From the NCBI GenBank assembly GCA_001724265.1, contig MEDY01000113.1, forward strand, positions 58,660 to 78,659: a stretch of 20,000 nt of DNA. Direction: 5' to 3'. The translations under genes and the position numbers were made by a program. Under the pieces are notes generated by a model. That model was not told the DNA's origin. It ran no database searches and worked only from the letters and a program-made list of their open reading frames with translations. Below, piece by piece: positions 10,071-18,463 of the stretch (the first letter of the stretch is position 1; each line of letters begins with the position of its first letter). Origin of the DNA: Rhizaria sp. SCN 62-66 (lineage: Eukaryota).

Positions 10071-11678
10071 ATGGACAGGACCGAGCAATTCGACTCACTG
10101 GCGCCGCTGTTTGAGCGCCGCGGTCCGTTCTCCCCGCCGAACTTCGAAGACTGCCCCGTGGATGAGACGCTCGACCTGGTAAGCGACACGCGTGTGCTCG
10201 TCGTCGGTGCCGGCGGCCTCGGCTGTGAGGCGCTGAAGAATCTCGTGTGCTCTGGCTTCACCGACATCGACCTGGTCGACATGGACACCGTGGACATCTC
10301 GAACCTCAACCGGCAGTTCCTGTTCCGCGCCGCCGACGTCAACACGCCCAAGTGCGAGGCCGCGGCGCGCTTCCTCATGAACCACCGCTCGGGCATCAAA
10401 GTCAGGCCGCACACGAAGCGCATCCAAGCCTTCCCCCGTTCCTGGTTCCGCAACTTCGGGCTCGTCGTGGCGTGTCTCGACAACGAGGAGGCCCGGCTCT
10501 GGCTCAATGAGACGCTCGCTGACAACGTCGAGTACGAGGACGCCGCCGCCGACGACGACTCCGCGCCCCCCGAGCTCATTTTCCCTCCTTACACCCACAA
10601 CGCAAACGAAGTCACCGCCAACGCCACTGACGCTGCCACTGCCACTGCCTCTAACGCTACTGACTCTGCCTCTGGCGCTGCATCCGGGTCCGAGAGCTGG
10701 TCTGTGACGGCGCGCACGCTGCGCGTGACGAACCCTGACACGGTGACGCCGCTGGTGGACGGTGGCACCGAGGGCTGGTCGGGGCAGGCGCGGCTGCTGC
10801 TTGTGGGCCACTCGTACTGTCTGCAGTGCTCGGCCGTGTCGGCCCCGCCCCCCGACCAGCTGCACTTCCATCTGTGCACGATTGCGCACGTGCCGCGTAC
10901 GCCCGAGCACTGCGTCATGTACGCGCACCTCATCCTCTGGCCCCGCCTAATCTCGCTTACCTCGGTCGAGCAGTATGACCTCGCGGCCCCCGCGGCCGAG
11001 GGCGGGCCCGCGAAGGACCCCGCGGGCGTGGAGCTGGACGCCGACGACGAGACGCACATGACGTGGCTCTGGGCGCGGGCCTGCGAGCGCGCGCGCGCCT
11101 TCTCCATCGCCGAGCCGAGCTACACGCTCACGATGCAAGTCGTCAAGAACATCATTCCCGCCATCGCGTCCACCAACGCGCTCATCAACGCCGCGGGCGT
11201 GCTGGAGGCGCTTAAGCACGTCACGGCGACCGCGCCTCTCATGAACCAGTACTTCCTGTACACGGGCAACAACTACACGACCGGCGTTAACTGCCAGACG
11301 TACCCCTACAAGCGCAACGCGCAGTGCAAGGCGTGCCACGCGCGCGTGCTGCTGACTGTGAGCCGGCGCGCGCCGGTCGCCGCCGTGCTCGCCGCGCTCA
11401 ACGGCAACGAGGGCGAGCTCGGCAGCGAGAGCGCCGAAGGCGAGCGCGCGTCGCAGACAACGTGCAGGACCGTGGGTGGGCTGGGGTTCGTCCGCGCGTC
11501 GATCCGCGACATCCGCGAGCCGAACCCTGTGCAGGCGCAGGTGTTCATGGCCAACAACGCCGCCGACGCCGCAGTCGCGCGCCAGCAGTGCGGCGAGGTG
11601 TTCAAGGAGGGGCGGGTGTACCTGGCCGCGGGGCCCGGCCGCAGCCCGCTCAAGTTCCAGGTCGCGCTCACAGACTGA
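10071..11678 (+). CDS. UBA3: NEDD8-activating enzyme E1 catalytic subunit (UBA3-like), 535 aa, single coding exon
   Basis: VLVVGAGGLGCEALKNL, DMDTVDISNLNRQFLFR, PLVDGGTEGWSGQAR, catalytic-Cys motif LCTIAHVPRTPEHC (Cys at 10875-10877), VKNIIPAIASTNA, Zn pairs CLQC and CKAC, N-terminal RRGPF. First in-frame ATG at 10071; TGA stop. Confidence 0.88.
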   Translation: MDRTEQFDSLAPLFERRGPFSPPNFEDCPVDETLDLVSDTRVLVVGAGGLGCEALKNLVCSGFTDIDLVDMDTVDISNLNRQFLFRAADVNTPKCEAAARFLMNHRSGIKVRPHTKRIQAFPRSWFRNFGLVVACLDNEEARLWLNETLADNVEYEDAAADDDSAPPELIFPPYTHNANEVTANATDAATATASNATDSASGAASGSESWSVTARTLRVTNPDTVTPLVDGGTEGWSGQARLLLVGHSYCLQCSAVSAPPPDQLHFHLCTIAHVPRTPEHCVMYAHLILWPRLISLTSVEQYDLAAPAAEGGPAKDPAGVELDADDETHMTWLWARACERARAFSIAEPSYTLTMQVVKNIIPAIASTNALINAAGVLEALKHVTATAPLMNQYFLYTGNNYTTGVNCQTYPYKRNAQCKACHARVLLTVSRRAPVAAVLAALNGNEGELGSESAEGERASQTTCRTVGGLGFVRASIRDIREPNPVQAQVFMANNAADAAVARQQCGEVFKEGRVYLAAGPGRSPLKFQVALTD

Positions 11679-12062
11679 GGACTGCACACAGAGGGCTGCA
11701 GCAGAGACTAAGGGGGGTCGCACTCACGGACTGAGGGAAAAGACACAGAATACTACGTATGAAGGTGAGATATCACGCAAGCCTGCGCGATGTCAGTGTC
11801 AAATGCAATAATGAATGGCCATCTCGATCCGTATTGTTGTGGATGCGTTTATGAAGAGAGTTACAATAGTTTTAGTTTTGTTCCATGATTGATACAAAAC
11901 GTTTTTGATGACGTATGCAACCGAAAATTGTCATATCTTATGTTGTATTGCAATTGTGTAGTTTTGTATTGAATTAATTTTAATGTTGCGGCAATATATA
12001 ACTCACATCGCTGCATACGACACTATATAGCATAATCTTTCAGTGCTAGAAGTCAATCACTG

Positions 12063-14544
12063 CTACATGGCCAGCCCCTCGATGGCGGCGACCAGCTCCC
12101 TCTCGAGCGCGGTGGCCACCGCGGCGAACTCGTCCGCCACCGCCTGCGCCGCCGCCGCCGCCGCCACACCGCTGCCGCCACCACTGCCGTTGCTGCTGAA
12201 AGCACCTGCACCGGCCGCACCGGCGGTGAGAGCGGCGGCGGAGTTGGCGCCAGCGTTCGTGTTGCTGAGGTCGAGGGCGATGCGCAGAGTGACCGGGACC
12301 GGCGCCGGCCCGGCCCTACGGCTTTGACTCCAACTCTGAGTCTGGATTTGACTGTGGTTGCGGTACTGGGGCTCGCCAGCGACTGCGGGCACCCCCTCAG
12401 CAGCAGCAACAGCAGCCTCATTATCATCATTGTTGTTGTTGTTGCTCACGGTCACCTCGTTGGCGATGCGCATAACCTCCCTCAGCAACGCCCCCGCGCT
12501 CACGGTCACCCCATTAACGCCGCCACCGCCGGCAGCAGCGCGATTGGCAGCGGCGGCAGCAGCAGCGGCGGCGTCCGCGACCTCGGCCGCAGCCTCCGCC
12601 GCCGCCTCAGCCGCCTCGGCCGCCGCCGCGACCGCCGCGGCAGCCCGCGCGGCGCGCTCTGCCCGCGCGGCGCCCGCGGCCCTGTTGGCCTCGGTGCTGA
12701 AGTCGCGGACCGCGCGCAGCGCCTCCTTGGCCATGCGCTCAGTCACCGAGCGGACCGCCTCGGTGGCCTCCTTGGCCGTGACCATCTCCACCACCGCGGC
12801 GGCAGCGGGACTCGAGGTACTCGTGGGTCCTGTGACGGAACCTGTGACTGCGTTGCCGGGACCCGTGACGGCGCTGGGACTGGAGCTGGGTGGCCCGCTC
12901 ACGGCGCTGGGGCTAGGGCTCATGAGATTGAGCGCCAGCGCGCTGTTACTACTGCTGTTGTTGCCGCTGTTGGGGTCGATGTTGTGGCTGAGGGCGGACG
13001 CGGGGCTCAACGCACCCAGCACCGCGTCACTACCAGTCCCCGCGCCAGAAACAGCGTGGGTATTAGCGCTGTTGACAGCGATCTTGCGCTTGGCCTTGGC
13101 GATGCTGTCCTTGCCCTCCGCATACACAGAGTGACTCTTCACCTCGAGCCGCTTGCGCGTCGACAGCAGCAGCTCGGTCATCGTCATCGCCAACGCCTCA
13201 GCCTCGCTCCCCTCAACAGCCGGTGTCGCAGCCGCCGCACCGGCAGCGCTGCCCTCTGGCTGGGCAGACTGCGCCTGCGACACCGGCTGCGGCCGGGCGG
13301 GGAAGGCGGGTGGGGCGTGGCCTGTGTCGCTAGCGGCGGCCGCGGCGGCCGTGGCGGCGGCGCTGGCGGCGGCCGCGGCGGCGGCGACGGCTTGGGTGAC
13401 CGCGGCAGCCGTGTAGCCGTTACTCATGAGATTCGCACCGCTGCTGTTGTTCTGAGTGCCACAGCTGTAGCTGTAGCCGACGTGAGTTTCGCCGTTGGTC
13501 TCCGTGTCGTTGGTCGCCCGACCCGTCGCTGTCGCTGTCATAAGCGATGCTAATGATGACGACGATGAAGAAACTGGTGTTGCATTAGATGCAGCAGCAG
13601 CAGGAGCAATATTCGGGCCTGATACAACGCCTGCGTTGTTGTTACTGTTGTTGCCCCAATAGACTGTGGGCATGGACATACGCACCAAAGACTGCGTCTG
13701 CGTCGTCGTCGTTGTCGTCGTCGTCGTTGTCGTCGCTAACTGCGTATGAGTGAGAGAGGGAGCATGCGCGCTTGCCGCCGCTGCCGCTGCAGGCGCCGCC
13801 GCAATTGCCGTAACCGCTCCCGCCAGCACCATAGTGGCGCGCGTGCGGTCCGCGCTGGCCGAGATCGCTGCCGCCGACCGGCGCAGCGACTGCAGCAGCG
13901 ACTGCAGCAGCATACGCATGGAGGCCGCTGAGGCCGAGGCTGAAGCTGAGCCAGAGGCTGCTGAAACCGACGCTAAAGCTGGCTCTGAAGGTGCTGGTAT
14001 TGGCATAGACCCAGTCGCAGTCGGTGTCGCAGCATCAGCACTGTTGTCATCGCTGTTCTTTTCGTTGCTTTGTTGCTGCTGTTGCGCGTCGAGCAGCAGC
14101 AGCAGCGGCGCGAGCCTCTGCGCGGCGGCCGCGTGCTCCGCGGCCCTGCGCGCGGCCTCGGCGCCCACCGCGGCGGCCGCGGCGGGCAGCGGGGCAAGCG
14201 CCGCGGCCACGGTCGCGAAGGCCGCGTGGGCAGCCCGGTGCTCGGCCACCTCCGCCCGGTAGCTGGGGTAGCTGCGGGGGCCGTGGGGGCCACGGGCGCC
14301 GGCGCCGGCAAGCGCGGCGGCGCGGGCGGCGTGCGCGTGCGCGGCGGCCAGCGCGGCCGTGGTGCCCGTTGAGACCTCATCGCGAACCGCCGGCGCAGCG
14401 GCTGATGTCGCTGATGCTGTGGATGATGTCTTGGTTGATGTGGGGACTGTGATGGTGTTGAGGCCAATGTCAGTAAACAAGGGCGACGTAAAGACGCTGT
14501 CGGGGGAGGCGGGCGACCACGCTGGCGAGGACGCGGCAAACAAG
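12063..14544 (-). CDS. Hypothetical Ala/Ser/Thr-rich low-complexity protein with helical segments; exon 2 (spliced about 923 aa)
   Basis: Long open frame with coding-type GC bias, ending at TAG 12063-12065 next to AT-rich sequence. Acceptor ttcctgTAG|C at 14546-14545 matches the phase-2 donor of the upstream exon. No recognisable domain. Confidence 0.72.
13701..13734 (-). repeat. (ACG/ACA)n microsatellite encoding poly-Thr
   Basis: cgtcgtcgtcgttgtcgtcgtcgtcgttgtcgtc on the + strand; a run of Thr in the minus-strand ORF. Confidence 0.7.
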
Positions 14545-14746
14545 CTACAGGAAGCAGCAGCAGCACCATAGAAATGACAAAACGAGGAAGAAGAAAGTAT
14601 CAGAACAGGTACCAACGCAAAAATAATGCTATAAAAAAAATCATTCTAAATACAGAAACAAACTAATAAATTAATCAATATATCTCAGAATTACGCGCAT
14701 CTAAGGTTATCTTATCGAGATATACTCCATTTAGCGTATAACGTAC
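14545..14746 (-). other. Spliceosomal GT-AG intron (202 nt)
   Basis: Donor TC|GTACGT at 14746, AT-rich body, pyrimidine tract, TAG acceptor. Joins ...PTDP-S-LFAASSP in frame. Confidence 0.75.
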
Positions 14747-15036
14747 GACGGGTCTGTGGGGTGCTGGTGGCCCTGACGGTCGAAGGAGCGATGCATCGAG
14801 TGCGAGAGCATGTCGGACATGTGCATGGCCCACACGTGCGGCGACTGCGGCAGCCCGTCCGCGGCCACGCCAGAGGACAGCGAGGCCGCCGCCGCTGCAA
14901 AGGTGCGACTGCGACTGGTACCGTTACCGGCATGATGCTGCTGTGGCTGGACAGCGGCGGGCGCCGCGAAGGTGGTCGAGATGAAGGGCGAGGAGTAGCC
15001 ACCGCCGCTCGCCGGCGCGGGCTCGTAGAAAGACAT
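14747..15036 (-). CDS. Hypothetical low-complexity protein, first coding exon (MSFYEPAPAS...)
   Basis: ATG at 15036, GC3-biased frame, ends at the GTACGT donor in the phase required by exon 2. Confidence 0.68.
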
Positions 15037-15080
15037 CGCCGGGGCGTAGATACAGTGCTTCCAGGGGCGAGGTGCCTGCG

Positions 15081-15218
15081 CTGTGAGAGAAAGAGAGAGG
15101 AGGTTGGGAGTGATAGAGGTCTGGGATGCACGTCGTGATTGAGACGCTGGCAAAGGCACTAGATCGCCATTATAAGATGTATAATTAGCAATTAATAGCA
15201 AAAACAGAAGGAAAAGAC
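15081..15218 (-). other. Putative 5'-UTR intron (138 nt)
   Basis: Strong acceptor ctcctctctctttctctcaCAG ending at 15081. Weak donor CAG|GTCTTT at 15218, where the sequence turns AT-rich. Confidence 0.4.
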
Positions 15219-15592
15219 CTGGAGTGCAGGCGTTGTGTCAAACTACGGACAGGGTAAAGCACTGTGCAATGGCGATCAATTTGTGGCTGAGATCCTGGAT
15301 GGGCGCTGGGACCAGCGACAGCCACGACGGACCAACACGCCAATAACCACGCCTGATTTTTGCAACTCGGACAACCCCGTATCGGCCGTAGAAGCGGCTG
15401 TGTTTGTGTGTTTTTATCTGAAAGCCGTTTTTTTTTCTACAATCTATTTAGAAAATGCATCAATGTGTTGTCTATACCCTTACTGCACTCGTTTTTCTAG
15501 ACGTGCCCGCACCGCGAAGACTGCCTTCCTCACCCCAGCCTTTTTGTCCTCATATCTCGACACCGTGCGCTTTTATATAGGTCTTCCGCCCG

Positions 15593-15769
15593 ATGTTCCG
15601 CGCCCTACTCGACAGCGGCGCCGTAGCGTGCGTCAAGACGGTCGCCGCGCTGGCCATCGCGTCCCGGTGCGACCTGGGTTCGGAGATGTCGTTCGAGCAG
15701 GCCGAGGCCGACTGCGCCGGCGGGCTCGTGCGCCGCCTCAAGGAGATCAACAAGAAGGAAAGAGTTTGA
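15593..15769 (+). CDS. GPD2: Probable GPD2 N-terminal targeting segment (58 codons), out of frame with the catalytic ORF
   Basis: ATG TTC CGC GCC CTA... = MFRALLDSGAVACVKTVAALAIASRCDLGSEMSFEQAEADCAGGLVRRLKEINKKERV*. Strong GC3 bias. Too short to appear in the supplied ORF track. Confidence 0.6.
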   Translation: MFRALLDSGAVACVKTVAALAIASRCDLGSEMSFEQAEADCAGGLVRRLKEINKKERV

Positions 15770-16791
15770 TGACGCGCCGCCCGCGGACCCGTACCCGGAC
15801 GCCTTCAATGATGGCCCCGCCGCGGGCTCCGCGCGCCACGCGCTGCCGTATGCGCAGGACGTGTGGCCCTACCACCACACGGCCGGCGTGCACACGAACC
15901 CGCGCGCGGCCGAGGTCGCCAAGCTTCGCGACGAGACTTACGACCTGCTCGTCATTGGCGCTGGCATTACGGGCGCCGGCGCCGCGCTCGAGGCCACCAA
16001 GCGCGGGCTCAAGGTCGCGCTGATCGACAAAGGCGACTTCGCGAGCTGCACGTCGTCTAAGTCGACCAAGCTGATCCACGGCGGCGTGCGCTACCTGGAG
16101 CAGGCCTTCACGCAGCTGGACCCGTCGATGATCTCGCTAGTTAAGGAAGCGCTGCACGAGCGTGCGCACATGCTCACCGCGTGCAACTACATGAACAGCC
16201 CCGTGCCCATTCTCATCCCCATCAACACGTGGTGGGAAATCCCCTATATGTGGGTCGGCGTCAAGCTCTACGAGTTCTACGCGCGCGGCCACCGCGCCGT
16301 GCCGCGCGCGCGCGTGCTTAACGCCGAGGAGACGCACGTGGAGTTCCCCTCGCTACGCTCCGAGGGCATCAAGGGCTCGATCGTGTACTACGACGGTCAG
16401 ATGAACGACGCGCGCTACACGCTCACCGTCGCGCTCTCGGCCAAGAACGCCGGCGCCACCGTGGCCAACTACGTGCGCGTGGACGCGCTGACGCACCACA
16501 CGGAGCCGCTGGCCGGGCCGCGCGACACGCCCAAGCCCACGGTCGCGGGCGCGGTCGTGACCGATGTCATCTCGGGGGAGTCCTTCCCCATCAGGGCCGC
16601 GGCTGTGCTCAACGCGACGGGCCCCTTCGCGGACGTGATCCGCAAGATGGACGACCCCAGCGTGGCGCCGCTGGTGGTGCACTCGGCGGGCGTGCACGTT
16701 GCGCTGCCCGCCAAGGTCTGTCCCCCCGACACCGGCATGCTCATCCCCAAGACTAAGGACGGGCGCCTGCTCTTCTGCCTGCCCTGGGAAG
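15762..16791 (+). CDS. GPD2: FAD-dependent glycerol-3-phosphate dehydrogenase (mitochondrial type), exon 1 catalytic frame
   Basis: DLLVIGAGITGAGAALEATKRGLKVALIDKGDFASCTSSKSTKLIHGGVRYLE, YYDGQMNDAR, NATGPFAD, GVHVALP, TKDGRLLFCLPWE. Confidence 0.92.
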
Positions 16792-16936
16792 GTCCGTAAA
16801 CTGTTTTTTGGGAGAATTGTTTGATATTTCATTCAAATTTGTGTTTTTTTTTTCTCTAACTTGTTTTTATTCTTGTTCTCATTCCCCTTTCTTTGCTGCA
16901 TCGCTCTTGCTTTTTACTGATCATCTCTCTTCTCAG
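16792..16936 (+). other. Spliceosomal GT-AG intron (145 nt) of GPD2
   Basis: G|GTCCGT ... T-rich body ... ctctcttctCAG|GC. This phase-1 junction restores PWEGGVVAGTTD, matching the family pattern PWxGxxxxGTTD. Confidence 0.9.
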
Positions 16937-17928
16937 GCGGCGTGGTTGCCGGCACGACCGACGCCGCGGCTGAGCTGACAGACGACCCCATCCCGACGGC
17001 CGCGGACGTCGACTTCATCATTGACGCCCTCAACGACGTCTTGGAGACGCCCCTCACACGCGATGATGTGCTCTCGGTCTGGGCAGGCCTGCGCCCGCTC
17101 GTGCGCGACCCCTCGGCCGGCGCGTCGACCTCGAAGCTAAGCCGCCAGCACGTGATTACTGCCTCGCCGACGGGGCTGGTGAGCGTCATGGGCGGCAAGT
17201 TCACGACGTACCGCTCGATGGGCGAGGAGGCCATCGACAAAGTCCGCGAAACGCACCCTAAGCTAGCGGCCAAGAGCGACGAGACCTCGCCCACGCGCAA
17301 CATGCTGCTGCAGGGCGCGTTCTTAGAGACCAAGAAGTACCAGCGCCTGCGGCTTGTGCTCATCACGGGCTTCGGCATGTCGGCCGAGACGGCGGACTAC
17401 CTCATCCAAAACTACGGCGACCGCGCGCGCGTCATCGCGGCCATGTCCGCGCGGCAGGCGCAGGAGGAGCTGGCGGCCGCGACCGCGCTGCCCGCGCACG
17501 TGGCCCTCACGCGCGCGCTGGCGCGGCTGCTCTCGCCCTCAGCGATCTACGGCAACGCTGTGGCGGCGGTCAAGTACCTGAACCCGCTGGACTGGGCGCG
17601 GTGGTATTGGCAGCCCGAATACCAGCGGGCCGCGCTGAAGAAGATGAAGCGCGACGCCCGCGAGCTGGATCGCATGGACCGCGAGCGCAACCTACACGAC
17701 GACCCGGCCGTGGTGGACGAGGACGGCATGGTCATGACACCGCTCGAGGCCGAGGAGGCCAAGAAGGCGCACCGCGAGGCTAAGGCCGAGCAGCGGCGCA
17801 ACGAGCGGTGCTCGCCAGAGGAGCGTGAACGGCGCCGCAGCGAGTCGCTCGACGACAAGCGCAGGGGCGTCTACCACATCAAGCCCATCTCCTTCGACCG
17901 CCCCGCGCCCCGCGGCTCGCGCGTCAAG
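16937..17928 (+). CDS. GPD2: Glycerol-3-phosphate dehydrogenase exon 2
   Basis: GTTD, DVLSVWAGLRPLVRDP, SRQHVI, GGKFTTYRSMGEEAID, YLIQNYGDRA, followed by a long charged insertion. Confidence 0.9.
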
Positions 17929-18094
17929 GTACGTAGACGGCTTACTATCGAAATTTGATATCATAATCTTCTGTATTTGTTCGATTAGTGGGTGTTAATT
18001 CACTTTATTTGTGTTAAACTTAACTAAATGACATCATATCTGCTGTTTATACTCACTTGCTCACTTTTTATCTCTCTTTGCTTGTGTGTCTTAG
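17929..18094 (+). other. Spliceosomal GT-AG intron (166 nt) of GPD2
   Basis: AAG|GTACGT ... AT-rich body, CTCAC branch-like motifs, pyrimidine tract ... tcTTAG|GAG. Phase 0 at both ends. Confidence 0.88.
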
Positions 18095-18463
18095 GAGGAC
18101 AACGCCGAGGTGGGCAAGGACGCGTTGCTGTGGCGCGAGCGCGTGCGACGCCTGGCGCAGTCGCACCCGGCGCTCGAGAGCGAGGTCGTGTACGCCGTCA
18201 AGTACGAGATGGCGCAGACGGTGACGGACGTGCTGGCGCGTCGCATCCGCATGGGCTTCACCGACGCCGCGGTCGCCACAGACGCCATCGGACGCACCGC
18301 CGAGCTCATGGGGCCGCGGCTGGGCTGGGACGCCGCGCGCACGCAGCGCGAGGTGGCCGCCGCGCGGCAGTACTTTGGCGCCATGGACTACCGCCACGCG
18401 CACGCCGCGCCCGTCACCGCGCAGGCCGCCGCGGAGGCCGGCGTCGCGACCAGCAGCAAGTGA
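18095..18463 (+). CDS. GPD2: Glycerol-3-phosphate dehydrogenase exon 3 (C-terminal domain, no EF-hands)
   Basis: HPALESEVVYAVKYEMAQTVTDVLARRIRMGFTD ... ELMGPRLGWD matches the alpha-glycerophosphate oxidase C-terminal domain. TGA at 18461-18463. Confidence 0.88.
   Translation, partial: EDNAEVGKDALLWRERVRRLAQSHPALESEVVYAVKYEMAQTVTDVLARRIRMGFTDAAVATDAIGRTAELMGPRLGWDAARTQREVAAARQYFGAMDYRHAHAAPVTAQAAAEAGVATSSK

Noticed and set aside
9815..10114. 99-aa ORF upstream of UBA3
   Set aside because: AT-rich, non-ATG start, lacks the coding codon bias.
10071..11678. Bacterial ThiF/E1-type defence system (CBASS or Bil-like) with TPR and protease neighbours
   Set aside because: Spliceosomal introns, UBA3-specific motifs and the absence of operon structure show a eukaryotic locus; nothing links the neighbours functionally.
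15235..16023. 262-aa ORF overlapping the GPD2 start
   Set aside because: GTG start, crosses T-rich non-coding sequence, and is in neither of the two coding-biased frames.
16796..16936. Alternative donor GTAAAC for the first GPD2 intron
   Set aside because: Gives the wrong phase; the donor at 16792 restores the conserved motif.
8748..18094. Introns as introner or transposon-derived copies
   Set aside because: The four coding-region introns show no evident shared sequence, terminal inverted repeats or target-site duplications by eye.
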